From an uncultured Patescibacteria group bacterium (GTDB taxonomy: Bacteria > Patescibacteriota > JACMRA01), in assembly GCA_938041505.1 (NCBI GenBank), contig CALITC010000005.1, forward strand, positions 1,106 through 65,105: 64,000 bases of DNA, in the 5' to 3' direction. The translations under genes and the position numbers were made by a program. Below the pieces are notes generated by a model. The model saw only the letters and a program-made list of their open reading frames with translations. It was not told the origin of the DNA and ran no database searches. Positions 17,972 to 29,200 of the stretch are shown here, piece after piece; positions within the stretch are counted from its first letter, which is position 1, and each line of letters starts with the position of its first letter.

Positions 17972-18997
17972 TCACTTAGTTTGAGTGCTGGATTTTAAAA
18001 GTGAAATCATGTGTTGAGGGTGGTCAATCATACGTTTGAAATTCAGGTTAATATGTCTACGAGTAAAACCATACTTTGCAATAAATTTTGTGTATGCAAC
18101 TATCGCTTTATCAGGCTCGAATAAAGCAAGGATATCTGCTAAGACAAGTTCCAATTGTGGCGTAAGGATATCTAATGAATTTATAAAACTCTCAGCCTCC
18201 ATATATCGCTGTTGATAAAACAAAATTGTACCATAGAATTCCTGCGCCCAGAGTGGTGCCTTTTCAATCGTTCCCAGCATTTGCAAATATTCCATTCCTC
18301 GGTCATATTTTTCTGCAAAAATCGAACCAGAAACCGCAAAAAAAACTAGGCGAGGTATCTGTTCTTGTTTTGCTGATTTTAGTTCTTCATCGATTAGTTC
18401 AGAAGTTTGTTTATATCTATCCACGCGTAACTTATCTTTATAATGGTAAATAAGAACATCATTATAAAAAACTGTGTCTGAGGTTATTTTCTCAGGTTCA
18501 GATATGAGAAACCTGTCCTCCCACACGCTTAGTTTTCCAGCTTGCTTAGGAACCAAATAGTCGTGAGCTTGTCCAATCCAAGTGTAAGCCTCTCTCTTGT
18601 ATAGATAAGGCTTTCTGTTAATCATATGCGGGTTAAGGTTTTCATCAAATTCATTTGCAACAGCAAATTCGATCAAACCTCGGTTTTCAAAATTAGATTT
18701 CTTATAAGTGGAGATTTTATCAGCATCTCCTTCTCGCAAAACCCAGTCGCCGTCCCATTTTCCAAGGTAGTCACCGTTGCATAAACTGGACCCGAAGTTG
18801 GATGCTTTTGCAAAATCATTTTGCCATGGCCAGTGAACAACTTTATCTGCAATTTGCTTGGCTATATTGACTGTATTGTCGGTCGATCCAGTGTCGATAA
18901 CGATAAGCTCTTCGGCAATATCTCGAATAGATTTTAACGCTTTTTCTAATAGACGCTCTTCGTTTTTAACGTAGCAAAACAGGCTAATTGTCTTCAT
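17972..18997 (-). CDS. Family 2 glycosyltransferase with C-terminal helical-repeat region (paralog)
   Basis: ISLFCYVKNEERLLEKALKSIRDIAEELIVIDTGSTDNT...WPWQNDFAKASN, the same architecture as 16684-17760. Confidence 0.8.
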   Translation of the reverse strand: MKTISLFCYVKNEERLLEKALKSIRDIAEELIVIDTGSTDNTVNIAKQIADKVVHWPWQNDFAKASNFGSSLCNGDYLGKWDGDWVLREGDADKISTYKKSNFENRGLIEFAVANEFDENLNPHMINRKPYLYKREAYTWIGQAHDYLVPKQAGKLSVWEDRFLISEPEKITSDTVFYNDVLIYHYKDKLRVDRYKQTSELIDEELKSAKQEQIPRLVFFAVSGSIFAEKYDRGMEYLQMLGTIEKAPLWAQEFYGTILFYQQRYMEAESFINSLDILTPQLELVLADILALFEPDKAIVAYTKFIAKYGFTRRHINLNFKRMIDHPQHMISLLKSSTQTK

Positions 18998-19018
18998 GTG
19001 AAGTTGATTATATTAATA

Positions 19019-19048
19019 TTTACAATATATGTAAAAAATGTGTATAGT
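19019..19048 (+). promoter_or_regulatory. Sigma70-like promoter of pth
   Basis: TTTACA (19019-19024), 18-nt spacer, TATAGT (19043-19048). ATG at 19057 is 8 nt downstream (leaderless pattern). Confidence 0.4.
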
Positions 19049-19056
19049 AGATCATT

Positions 19057-19605
19057 ATGATAATCTACGGTTTAGGAAATAACGAACCAAAATATCTAAC
19101 TACAAGACACAATGTCGGTCGAATCGTTCTAGAAAAAATAATTCCTGATTCTCAGCTTACGAATAAGCAAACATTTATGTTCGCAAAAAATGGTCAGTTT
19201 CACTACCTCTTGTCGCGAGGTTATATGAATAACTCCGGCTTACCACTGGCTGATTATGTTAAGTATTTTAAACTGTTAGATCAGACATTGCTAATTCTCC
19301 AAGACGACTCTGATCAAGTGGAGGGGAATGTGAAAGTGGTGCAAGGTGGAGGATCTGGTGGGCACAATGGAATCTCGAGTATCTATCAGCATCTTTTATC
19401 AACAAACATTGATATTTCCAATGTCTGGCGAATCAAGATTGGTATCAGGCCGCCTAATAACACGCAAAAAAGTGGGGAATTTGTTCTCAAAAATAACTCC
19501 ACAGAACTAACTTCAAAACTTAATACCTTGGCTGTCGACCTAAAAAAACTAGTTGAAAGCGGCGACATGATAAATCTACAACAAACTATAAACACAAAAA
19601 ATTAA
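19057..19605 (+). CDS. pth: Peptidyl-tRNA hydrolase
   Basis: IIYGLGNNEPKYLTTRHNVG, YMNNSGLPL, LILQDDSDQVEGNVKV..GGGSGGHNGISSI are the conserved Pth blocks. Confidence 0.9.
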   Translation: MIIYGLGNNEPKYLTTRHNVGRIVLEKIIPDSQLTNKQTFMFAKNGQFHYLLSRGYMNNSGLPLADYVKYFKLLDQTLLILQDDSDQVEGNVKVVQGGGSGGHNGISSIYQHLLSTNIDISNVWRIKIGIRPPNNTQKSGEFVLKNNSTELTSKLNTLAVDLKKLVESGDMINLQQTINTKN

Positions 19606-19610
19606 AGTTT

Positions 19611-20069
19611 ATGCTCAAATGGTATCACTCCCCAAAAGTGCTAGCGGTCAGCTTACTGTTGGTAATTATGGTTTTCAACCCATTGAGTATATCATATTAT
19701 AATAGCTTAAATAAACCTTGGTTTGTATCTAATTTCTATATATTTGTCGGCTTATGGGTGGTGGCAGGTATTCCGTTAACAAAAATGTTATTGCAAAATA
19801 TTAAACATCCTAAATCTGAAAGAGGTCTGCAGACTAAAACGCTTGAAGTATCAATTGTATGCGGTTACCTGGTATATTTAAAAACAGCACTACAAACACA
19901 AAATAAGTTTTTTTTCTTCTTGATTCCGGGCGTGCTCACACTCTTGGTAGGAATTTACATGTATAAAATCTTCTCAAATAATGAAAGAATAGTGGCAATA
20001 CTAATTCCAACTTTTTTCATTTTTTTCTATTTCTGTGTAGTTGGCCTGTATGTGCTTTTGAATAACTAA
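19611..20069 (+). CDS. Hypothetical polytopic membrane protein
   Basis: 152 aa with 4-5 hydrophobic spans, 5 nt downstream of pth. Confidence 0.55.
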   Translation: MLKWYHSPKVLAVSLLLVIMVFNPLSISYYNSLNKPWFVSNFYIFVGLWVVAGIPLTKMLLQNIKHPKSERGLQTKTLEVSIVCGYLVYLKTALQTQNKFFFFLIPGVLTLLVGIYMYKIFSNNERIVAILIPTFFIFFYFCVVGLYVLLNN

Positions 20070-20194
20070 CTTTGGTCGTGTGTGTACAACTGCTTGACAT
20101 TTTTTCTTTAAGTCTGTAACATAAAGATCACATACTCACTAAGGTAAGCAAGTATGTAGAGTACAGATTGTTATTATAAGAATTATTTCAAAAA

Positions 20195-20803
20195 GTGCAA
20201 TCAAAAAGTAAAGTAAGGAAAGTTATAGTAGTAGGAGGTGGGGAAATCTTCAACACCTATTCTGAATATATCGCGTGGCTAAGAAAACTGAAGTTGCGTG
20301 ATTCAAACCCAAGCTGGAAGTCAAATTTAGCAATAAAACTTGCTAAATACAATGTAGACATTATAGAAGTTCGCAGACCGAATACCTTCAATGCAAAGTA
20401 TTTGGAATGGAAAATAATGTTTGATAAATATCTAAATACTATAGATAAATATACTACATTGGTAGGACACAGCTTGGGTGCTATGTTTCTTCTCAAGTAC
20501 CTTAGTGAGAACAAAAAAATAGAAGACTTAGTACAGTCAATTCACCTAGTAGCACCTCAGTATCTTAAGGCTCTTACATTTTCTATTACCGAGAGTGAGT
20601 TACCAAACTCAGAGAAATATTTGTTTTATCAATCGGTTGATGATGAAGTAATTACTTATGATTCGAGCACAACTAAAAAAATCCAAGACAATAATTTGGG
20701 ACAAAATCAAGTGTACCTGTACAAAAATCGAGGCCATTTCTTACAAGAAGATTTTCCAGAGATTATCCATAATATTTTGAATTATGAGCCAGCACAAAAA
20801 TAA
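20195..20803 (+). CDS. Alpha/beta hydrolase (YdeN/RBBP9-like serine hydrolase)
   Basis: Nucleophile elbow LVGHSLGAMF, a late D (QSVDDEV) and H (NRGHF) in the order expected for this fold. GTG start. Confidence 0.6.
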   Translation: MQSKSKVRKVIVVGGGEIFNTYSEYIAWLRKLKLRDSNPSWKSNLAIKLAKYNVDIIEVRRPNTFNAKYLEWKIMFDKYLNTIDKYTTLVGHSLGAMFLLKYLSENKKIEDLVQSIHLVAPQYLKALTFSITESELPNSEKYLFYQSVDDEVITYDSSTTKKIQDNNLGQNQVYLYKNRGHFLQEDFPEIIHNILNYEPAQK

Positions 20804-21410
20804 AATTATTCTTATACCAGGGTATGGAACTGGCGTAACAAGAAGTATTTTCAAAAAAGAAGTATCTAAACTTAGAGGGTTTGAAATATTCAGCAAAACT
20901 GCTGGCGTGGAGGTGTTTGAATGGGGTAGAGATTATAATTATTCATTCCTGCAATCTCTAAATCCTTTGGTAGCAATCAAGCTATATTTTCAAGAGAAGA
21001 AAATGGTTTTAGATCCTGGCATGCAAGAGAAGCTTTATCAATACCTCCAGTTACATAAACCGCAAACAATTGTTGCTCACTCCCAAGGCACTGTGTTACT
21101 TACTGAGGTATTAAAAAATTATCCATTACCGTATATTAAAAAAATAATATTCGTGCAATCGGACTTGAGAATGAACAACGAAAACCAGGATATACTTAAA
21201 AATATTAGCTCACACACCAAGCTCCTTAACGTACACTGCTTTTGGGATCAAGCATTACTCTCGTCGCTGTTGTTAAACCAGTCTGTACCATTAGGCTTAA
21301 AAAAAGATAAGATATTTCAAAACCATTTTATCCCGTTATGGAGAACATTCAACCTCCACGAGTCCTCACTAAACGACCCTAGGTTGCTAGCGTTATCTCT
21401 AGCGAAATAA
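20784..21410 (+). CDS. Alpha/beta hydrolase-like protein
   Basis: Nucleophile elbow IVAHSQGTVL. Overlaps the preceding hydrolase gene by 20 nt. Confidence 0.5.
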   Translation: MSQHKNKIILIPGYGTGVTRSIFKKEVSKLRGFEIFSKTAGVEVFEWGRDYNYSFLQSLNPLVAIKLYFQEKKMVLDPGMQEKLYQYLQLHKPQTIVAHSQGTVLLTEVLKNYPLPYIKKIIFVQSDLRMNNENQDILKNISSHTKLLNVHCFWDQALLSSLLLNQSVPLGLKKDKIFQNHFIPLWRTFNLHESSLNDPRLLALSLAK

Positions 21411-21842
21411 TGGCATAACAGCCTTATCATTGTAATAATCACATGCTTTGTTGAGGTAGAGACCATTTACCATACGGGTGGTGTTGTAGTCGAAGCCTAC
21501 CAGCTCTCCGCGCAGGCGCCATTTCCAAATTTTAGCGTTATCTGCTTTACCAGTACTGACTCCTGCTTGGTTAGGCATATAACAATTGGCAATCTCACTG
21601 AGATCATTAAAGCCATCACCATCAGTATCCGGGTTCGTTGGGTCAGTATCAAAAATACCAATTTCTTCTTTATTACTGAGGCCATCTTCATCAGTATCTT
21701 CAAAAAAAGTCTTATAAGTAGCATCACTACTCCGTCCGCGGCTCCACTCTAGCCAGTATTCTTGCCTATCTACCATCGCAAAACCAGCGCTCCACACAAA
21801 GACCGCAATTATCGACGTAAGTACTACACTAATCCACTTCAT
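21399..21842 (-). CDS. Secreted protein with thrombospondin type-3-like Ca-binding repeats
   Basis: Signal peptide MKWISVVLTSIIAVFVWSAGFA. DTDEDGLSNKEEIGIFDTDPTNPDTDGDGFNDLSE matches the D.D.DG motif series. Confidence 0.6.
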   Translation of the reverse strand: MKWISVVLTSIIAVFVWSAGFAMVDRQEYWLEWSRGRSSDATYKTFFEDTDEDGLSNKEEIGIFDTDPTNPDTDGDGFNDLSEIANCYMPNQAGVSTGKADNAKIWKWRLRGELVGFDYNTTRMVNGLYLNKACDYYNDKAVMPLFR

Positions 21843-23310
21843 ACAATATATAATTATTTTCCCGTATTAGAACCACTGCCGATGTTTCGTCAAAGTCGGG
21901 TGCTATCCACCGCGACAAGTCCTGGAATACAAATACCGATCCAGTATATTTCTCATCGCAATCGAATCCCACGGCAACCTCTTCACCCTCCAAGTAGGAA
22001 TAGAAGTCAAAAACATTTTTGTATCCACGAAGTTGATAATCGATGCAAATATTTTGAATACCTCTTTCCTTCAAGGTTAAGGCGATTCGCTTGTAATCAT
22101 CCTGCTGCATTACACGCAAATCTTTGTCATATTTCCACATATAATATCTTTGTACCACATGAAGGTTCGTAGTAATGCTCAGAATCATAAGAATAATACC
22201 TGCGATGCTCGCCGCTCTCATCTGCAAAGTCGATTTTTGCAAAGTCGAGACGACAAAATTAACAACTCCAATAGCGGGTAAGAACGAAGTAATGAGCATA
22301 AAGTGTGGGTGATCTTGGGCGGTAATCCCAGAGTGAACCAGTAGATACACGAGCAATAGTACCAAAAATATTCGCTGCAAAATTCGATCGCCTTTCATAT
22401 AAAAAAGACCTATTAATGCAATCCCTGCCAGCAAAAAAACATAGCTCGAATAACTCTCAGGGAAGTAGAAACTACTGACAATATTAAACCATCCAGAGAT
22501 GTAGTTATGTATTCTAAAAGAAATCTGCTCAGCGAAAGTAAACCCGACATAGCTATCGCTAGATCCGCGCACAAAATCAAGCAAGTTAGTAGAGTTTTTA
22601 AAATTATTGCGCGCTTCAAGTAGCAAATATCCTGAAGAAGCTACAACCCAACCAAGCGCCTGCATAGTGACAGAGACCAAGAGAAATTTTCTTGGAATTG
22701 AGAAAAATAACACTAAGCTGATCACCGGCATCGCAAACAAAGCAGTCGCGTGCAAACCCATCATGATTGAAATCAGAACCCCAACAGTGAAAGAGTAGAA
22801 TATTACATAAGCCTGAGGAGTGTCTTCATGGTGAAGTCGGTACCAGAGAAGTACAAACAAAAGTAAGGGCAGGAGTATAATATTAGGATTCCAGATCGCA
22901 TTCGCCAGCCAAATATATTGGTAGCTAAAAGCAAGCAAACTCAAAGATAGTGTTGATTGCAAAAGTTTGTGCTTATCAAAAAACAAATAACAGATCCAAT
23001 AGAACATGCCGAGCACAAGCAGGTTGACGATTGCGTGCGCATAAATAGTTACTATGGGGTCCGAAGAAATCCCAGTCGTCAGATAGGTAAAATAGTAAAA
23101 GTGTGGCATTAAAAGAAAATCTCCGGTAGTCGGGACGCCGTATTCGATAGCTGAGCCCTGGTGCGCCTCAATTCCAACTAAAACATCTCGTACTTGGTCA
23201 TAACCCAAATCTATAGATGTTGCAGGCCATATAACTCGAGAAAGGAAAACAAAACCTATTATGATACCAAGTAATACCTTAACCCCATTTGTTCGAATAG
23301 TCTCAATCAT
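21829..23310 (-). CDS. Polytopic membrane protein, GT-C-fold glycosyltransferase candidate
   Basis: More than 10 predicted TM spans followed by a soluble C-terminal domain, the same architecture as ArnT/PMT-like enzymes. Internal ATG at 23310 avoids overlap with the divergent rhodanese gene. Confidence 0.5.
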   Translation of the reverse strand: MIETIRTNGVKVLLGIIIGFVFLSRVIWPATSIDLGYDQVRDVLVGIEAHQGSAIEYGVPTTGDFLLMPHFYYFTYLTTGISSDPIVTIYAHAIVNLLVLGMFYWICYLFFDKHKLLQSTLSLSLLAFSYQYIWLANAIWNPNIILLPLLLFVLLWYRLHHEDTPQAYVIFYSFTVGVLISIMMGLHATALFAMPVISLVLFFSIPRKFLLVSVTMQALGWVVASSGYLLLEARNNFKNSTNLLDFVRGSSDSYVGFTFAEQISFRIHNYISGWFNIVSSFYFPESYSSYVFLLAGIALIGLFYMKGDRILQRIFLVLLLVYLLVHSGITAQDHPHFMLITSFLPAIGVVNFVVSTLQKSTLQMRAASIAGIILMILSITTNLHVVQRYYMWKYDKDLRVMQQDDYKRIALTLKERGIQNICIDYQLRGYKNVFDFYSYLEGEEVAVGFDCDEKYTGSVFVFQDLSRWIAPDFDETSAVVLIRENNYILYEVD

Positions 23311-23392
23311 ACTGTAGAATTTTGTTAAGATTGTAATTCTGGAATAATTTTTTGTATAGACATAATTCTGGCTGTTATATATAACTATTGAT

Positions 23393-23680
23393 ATGACAGT
23401 ACAAGAATATAAACAAAAATCAACCACAGAGCTAGATATGGTCCTGCTGGACGTGCGAGAATCTCATGAACGTAAGGGTGGAAGATTTGTAGAAGGAAGT
23501 CTGCACATTCCCATGCAAGAGATAATCATGAGTCACGATATCGAAATACCAAAAGACACACATATTGTAGTTATGTGTGAGCGTGGTGGAAGAGCGGAGA
23601 TAGTTGTGGGCTACCTTCAAGCTAAAGGCTTTAGCAAAGCAGAGAAGTTGGAAGGCGGTTATACGGAATATGGCAAATAA
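23393..23680 (+). CDS. Single-domain rhodanese-like sulfurtransferase
   Basis: LLDVRESHE...HIPMQE...IVVMCERGGRAEIVVGYLQAKGF has the active-site loop C-E-R-G-G-R. Confidence 0.8.
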   Translation: MTVQEYKQKSTTELDMVLLDVRESHERKGGRFVEGSLHIPMQEIIMSHDIEIPKDTHIVVMCERGGRAEIVVGYLQAKGFSKAEKLEGGYTEYGK

Positions 23681-23762
23681 AAAATTGACTTTACAACAAC
23701 AAATAAATATGCTATTATAGCAACCAGTAGACTAAGAATTATTCAAATACTGGAGAAAATTA

Positions 23763-24605
23763 ATGTTTAACACACTAAAAACGATTAAAAGACTTTTTCA
23801 AAAAAATACTACTATAAGAGAGGAAAAAATCCAAAAATATTTAAAATTTTTGGAGAAACAAATGAAAACCGAGCACAATATATTTTATAAATTAAAAGTA
23901 TATAATTATATTTTTAATAATAACGGAATTAGAAAATTCGAATCAAGCCAGAAAATCCGGCTAACTAAGGATGAATATAATAAAATCCACGCTAGAATCA
24001 ATAGCTGGGTAGTATTAAAGCTTGATGACCACCTAAGGTTACTAAACAAAAAGTATGTTAATCCTTTTGAGGGTAACACTTATTTTAACCCGGAAAAACG
24101 GCTTCATTCAAGTTGGTGCTATATTCAGCACCTCAATAATATTACTAAAATTCTTAAACAAATTGGAGGCTTCGAATTTCAAATTAGAGAGTTCGAATTT
24201 CAGAAAAGTATTGTTGAAAAAGACTTTAATGCGGATATCATCCTTGTTTTAGAAAACAATAAGCGAAGAATTATCGCCGCTCAAAATGAACATTCTATTT
24301 CGGAAAAAATGTTAAATTACTACTTAAAAATTCAAAGTAGGAAGTATTTAAAAAATTCGGAAATGGAGCTAATTTCTTTAGCAAGAGTTAGAAATCTTAT
24401 CAACGACTTCAACTCGAAAGCTGACAACTTTGGAGTTTACGACTTGATTCTTGCTATGAAAAGGTTCGAAAACCTCATCAAAGCCGGCGTTGGTCACTTA
24501 TACAAAGTTATAATGGCGAATATTAAAGAGTGTAAAGAAAAAACACTCATCCAAAACATGGTCAAAGAAGAAGGCCTCAATGTCCTTTATAACTTTGCCA
24601 TCTAA
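23763..24605 (+). CDS. Hypothetical protein (280 aa), very AT-rich
   Basis: Long ORF, Lys/Asn-rich, no recognisable motif. Confidence 0.55.
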   Translation: MFNTLKTIKRLFQKNTTIREEKIQKYLKFLEKQMKTEHNIFYKLKVYNYIFNNNGIRKFESSQKIRLTKDEYNKIHARINSWVVLKLDDHLRLLNKKYVNPFEGNTYFNPEKRLHSSWCYIQHLNNITKILKQIGGFEFQIREFEFQKSIVEKDFNADIILVLENNKRRIIAAQNEHSISEKMLNYYLKIQSRKYLKNSEMELISLARVRNLINDFNSKADNFGVYDLILAMKRFENLIKAGVGHLYKVIMANIKECKEKTLIQNMVKEEGLNVLYNFAI

Positions 24606-24687
24606 AATATTTCATTACAAATTACTATCAAAGGAGAAAAAAATGAACAACAAACTAAATCGTCTTAATCTAAATAAGGCGGTTTTT

Positions 24688-26229
24688 TTACCGGTAATTA
24701 ATGAGCTTAAAATTATATTCGACGCTGTAACCGATCTCTCGCTCAAAATTTGCTTCTAAAAGATCAATGTCCTCAGTGCTCAGATTAAATGCCGCCGGCG
24801 CTAATATAAGAATATCAGATTGATACATAGTATCTTTTTCGTCATCAGAAGTAATATTGGCCACAGAAACGTCTTGAATAGTAAGTTCTTTAGAAATAAA
24901 AGGAAGGTAAGTTTGAAGTTGCTGCCTGATATCCCCGCGGATCAAAGATTCTACGCTTTGGTCTTCTATAGTGGTGACAGGAATAAACGCAATTGAAAGT
25001 TTTGCCGGTTTCTGCAACTCTTCAGTAAGAATGGATTCCAAGTCTTCTCGATCGTTAGTTGTGGGGAGGTCGCTATTCTGTCCAGTCCGTAGTAGCAGAT
25101 CGACAAGAACCTCATCTTCTAGGTCAGTTACTTCCAAAGAATCAATGTTAAGCCCATCACTGCCAGATAAAAGTCTGTTTTGAATAATACCCTCAACTGC
25201 TTTCTCGGTCTTGCCTTCTTGTTCATTATTTTCACGTACCAGTAGGGTGTTGAGTATATTGAATTTTAGCTTCACAGTTTGGTCTGTTTGTTTCTTTAGC
25301 TCATCTTTGAGTTCTTGTTCTTTGTCGAGAGTCAGGAATACTTGCTCAGGAAGAAGAATAGTAGCCTTAACATTGACCAGATCTTCTTGGTCTACCCGCT
25401 CATAAGTAATTGCCACATCTTCTAGTTCAGCCTCTGGGTGAATAGAGTCGATTTCGTTGGTGAGGGTCTCAGTAATATCTCGGCTGGTCCTGCTCTCTTG
25501 AATTGAGCTGACAAAGTATAGAGTAAGCGGAATAGAAATCAACAATATAAATGCCGAGGATACAGCCACTCCATATTTCCAGCGCTGCTGATCTTTCTTA
25601 TACTTCCTCGGTCGAATATTAAGCACATACAAGGTAACAATCCCGGCAAAGACAATAGCTCCGACATTTGCCAGGAACAAGAGCATCGAGCGTGTCATAA
25701 TATTATAGTCACCAAAAGCAGCAGCAATACCCGAAGTTGCCAAAGGTGGTAAGAGCGATATCGAGATCGCAACCCCAGCACTACTACTGGCAATTTTGTT
25801 GTCGAAAAATGCCAAAATTCCAATCACCGCTGAGGCAAGTGCAATAAATAAATCAAGAATCGTCGGGTTTGCTCTAGCGAGAATTTCGGGGTTCGTATCT
25901 ACTATCGGAGTGATTTTGGTAACAACAAATGAAAGCACAAATACACTGACAACGCTGATTCCAAGTAAAGTCAGGGCGACTTTAAGAACTTTATCCTTGG
26001 AGCTGATAATACCAAGACTTACTCCTAAGATTGGCAAGAAAATAGGGGAGATAAGCATGGCGCCGATCACAATCGCAGTGCTGCCAGTGAGTAGACCAAG
26101 GATTACGATAATTGTAGCAAAAAACAACTCAATAAAATACGACCGCGAAAACTCAACATCCTCAATAATGTCTTGCAAGATGCTTTTGCGTTCTAGTTCA
26201 ACAGAGTTTGGTTTTTGTTTAGGAGGCAT
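24688..26229 (-). CDS. DUF389 (TIGR00341-family) membrane protein with long soluble C-terminal extension
   Basis: N-terminal half has the DUF389-type TM core (GSTAIVIGAMLISPIFLPILGVSLG, ...LLPPLATSGIAAAFG). About 260 aa of acidic soluble sequence follows. Confidence 0.65.
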   Translation of the reverse strand: MPPKQKPNSVELERKSILQDIIEDVEFSRSYFIELFFATIIVILGLLTGSTAIVIGAMLISPIFLPILGVSLGIISSKDKVLKVALTLLGISVVSVFVLSFVVTKITPIVDTNPEILARANPTILDLFIALASAVIGILAFFDNKIASSSAGVAISISLLPPLATSGIAAAFGDYNIMTRSMLLFLANVGAIVFAGIVTLYVLNIRPRKYKKDQQRWKYGVAVSSAFILLISIPLTLYFVSSIQESRTSRDITETLTNEIDSIHPEAELEDVAITYERVDQEDLVNVKATILLPEQVFLTLDKEQELKDELKKQTDQTVKLKFNILNTLLVRENNEQEGKTEKAVEGIIQNRLLSGSDGLNIDSLEVTDLEDEVLVDLLLRTGQNSDLPTTNDREDLESILTEELQKPAKLSIAFIPVTTIEDQSVESLIRGDIRQQLQTYLPFISKELTIQDVSVANITSDDEKDTMYQSDILILAPAAFNLSTEDIDLLEANFEREIGYSVEYNFKLINYR

Positions 26230-26245
26230 AAGGATAATCGTTACT

Positions 26246-29200
26246 TTAAGCTACGTCGCCGTAAGGCTTAGTCTGGAGAGGAGAGGCTTCAACTACAGCA
26301 TGTTTTGGCGGAATATTCATAGTGCTTAATGAGTAAGTTCCATCATCGGAACGTCCTGCGTAATAGGTTTCCTTATTTGATATATTACTAGAGGAAAGAC
26401 TATCAAGCCTTCGCGGAGCCAAAGGAAGGGTGTTAAGCAAGTTTTCAATTATTTTCGCTGCTTGTTTATCTGCGATACCGTATATTGGTAAGTCAAGTTT
26501 TACAGAATTTGATGCATTATAACTGCTTTCGGTCACAGGAACAAAACCGCGATCAGCTAAAATTAGTTTATCGGTATATCCTTTCTTAGTAACAAAAGGG
26601 AGTACGTTAAGATCTATAAATTGCTGAATTATTTGGGCCTCTTCGACGGTGGCGGGCACATTTTTGAAAAGCTCTGCCGATTCTTCAACTCGTTTCTCCA
26701 TTTGTTTGGCGTTAGGGCGAATAAGGTCTTGTCGAGCAAATTCTACTTCCTCATTAACTTCATCCAACTCCTGCACTTCGGTATACTCTATCTCAGGACT
26801 CCTCTCGATAACCGTTGGCCCATTATTACCACCATATGCAATATCATTAACAAACCCGAAGCCATCAATAGGTTTGGCAGTCTCGTCTTCGCTGAGGTTT
26901 CGAAAATCAGGCTCAGAGATATTACTAGATGACTCCTTTGCTCCACTCTCTAAGCTTACTACCTGTACGTCCTCCTCAACATTATTTGGAGGGAGTTGGT
27001 TGTGTGGAGAAGATTCAAATAATTTATCGTTATTGTATTGCTGAGCTCTGTTATGAATTGATGAATTAGGTGTGCTCGTAATCTTATATTCAAAAGTCTC
27101 ATCATTATATTCAACGTTATAGCCAAACTGAGCGAGAGCTGGAATGAGCGAATTCTCAATAATTTGGTTCTCTTTTTCAGTAATTGGGCGGTCAGTATTG
27201 TTCCAGTCAGAGACGACAGTATAGGCAATTTTCTCAAACGTTTTATCATTTTTAATCATCATCTGATCCAGGACATCAATTTCTCTTCGAATACCCTCAG
27301 CTTCTCGGTATTCGCTTTCTGTCATGGTTTGCTGGTCTTTGATTTCCTGCAGTCTTTGCATATATACACCGCGAGCGTTCAAATTACTTTGTAGATTGTC
27401 CACATGTTTGTTCAGCATTTCCTCAATTTGCCGATAATCTTCTGAGATATACTCAGCTTGGATGTCCTCTTGTGGTTTGTTATTGTACGCAACTATTTCG
27501 CCCGGGTTCGATTTCACTGTGTAACTAAATTCAGCTTTACCATCGTTGTTAAGTCTGGTGTTATCTTCGATTGCAAATCCAAGTGCTGCAAGCTCTGCTT
27601 GAAAGTCCTGACTTTTCATGACTGCTTGAAAGTCCTTCATGCGAGAATATTCTTCGTAAGACTGACCTTCCACTGGATTTGATCCTGTAGGGTAATTTAA
27701 GGCTCTTTCTGTGTAACTCCTTATATTCTCTACAAGTGTATCGACATCTTGAATGGTATCCAGCCCGCCTTTGGTAGTAATGGAATTAAGTTCCTTAAGT
27801 TGCTTTTTGTAAGCAAATTCTTGTTCTGCGATGGTTGACCAGTCATTTTGATTCTTAAATGGCTTATAGTTAATATTCTTGTACCCTCCAAGTTTCTGCT
27901 CTTGCCCATCAAAGTCAACATACGACTGGGCAGAAGGGGCAGTAGTAACTAAGAACTTTTTAAGATCTTTGTCATAAGCCAGGCCAAATTGAGAATTCTG
28001 CAGCTGCGGAATGATTTTGTCTCTTATCAGGGTATTGTTATATTCAACAGCAACCAAAGATTGGTCGAGAAAGCCTTTATATTTATGGTTTATTTCCTGT
28101 AAGAGTTCCTGGTTTGCAGTATTCGAATCTGGAGCTGTTTTAATCCATTTGGGGTCTTGAATATTACTAAGTAGATTCTTGAAAAAGTTGCGCTTAGTTC
28201 TATCAAGCTGGCGAAGGTCGTTGTTATTCGCACTTAATTGATCAGATATAGTATCAAGCTGATTTTCTAACTCTGACTTCTTATCAGAATTCTGCTCAAC
28301 TGAATCTGTTGATTGCTCCTCAAAAGGATTATTGTCGGTATTTTCAGACTGCTCAATTGTAGATATCTCTTGCTTTATAATACTAATCTGTTCGTTCAAA
28401 GATTTTCCTTTATCAGAAAGAGCCTGAATCTGCGTGTTTATTTTGTCAGTGGATTTGATTGCGTCCTCAATATTATCAAAAGCTTGTGATGGGGTTGAAA
28501 ATTGCTCATTGTTCAAAATAAATTTTGGATCTTGTCGAAGTTTCTCAGTAGCTGCTTTTTTTTCCTCAGCTTCTAGCTTTGCTTTTTCACGAGCTTCTTC
28601 TTCGTATTTGGCATAAGCTTCCTTAAACTCGTCCTCACCAATACTAACATCGTAAGATGGAGAGCTTTTTGTTTGTTCAGATGGGTTTATTTTATATTTG
28701 AATAGCGGTCCTATTCCTACACTAATCCCAATATCCTCTAACTGAGGTAGAATAGAATTTGTGATTATATCTTTCGTCAATTCTTTGGACCTTTGAGGGT
28801 CTTTTTGGTAGGTAGGGTGCCTAGTTATCCATTTTGGATCGTTTATTTTCTCAACGAGCATTCGCGCAAAACTAGCTACATCTTCTTCAGACAAAGTACC
28901 TTCCAATTCTTCAATGCGGTCGTCAAATGCTTCGATATTGTCTTTAATAGTGGATATTTCTGATTGAATTTCTAGAGACTCGTTCGAATCATCTTCAAAA
29001 TCAACTAAATCTGCTTCCATCTTAACACTTTGAGATATCAAATCTTGGCGTGCGTTCTTGGCTTCGGTTATAGTGAATTGATTTCTTTTTATAAAGTCGA
29101 TTGCGGTGTCTAAATTCGCTTCTGCTAGAGCTGGGTTCGAAAACTTATTTTTGCCTAGAAGAAACTTCTTATTATCACTCTCCGACTCGACTTTGCCGTA

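Noticed and set aside
23311-23427. N-terminal extension of the GT-C-like membrane protein up to 23427.
   Set aside because: It would overlap the divergent rhodanese gene start (23393). The extension (MVDFCLYSCTVISIVIYNSQNYVYTKNYS...) is not signal- or TM-like, and the internal ATG at 23310 precedes the first TM span.
24171-24202. Short tandem repeat TTCGAATTTCA with a 21-nt period, encoding FEFQIRE-FEFQKS.
   Set aside because: Only two units, inside a coding region. Most likely a local duplication with no separate function.
24643-24759. 38-codon plus-strand ORF with a strong AGGAG 8 nt upstream (MNNKLNRLNLNKAVFLPVINELKIIFDAVTDLSLKICF).
   Set aside because: Two thirds of it are antisense to the 3' end of the DUF389 gene and it has no supporting features. 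It could be real, but the evidence is a ribosome-binding-site match only.
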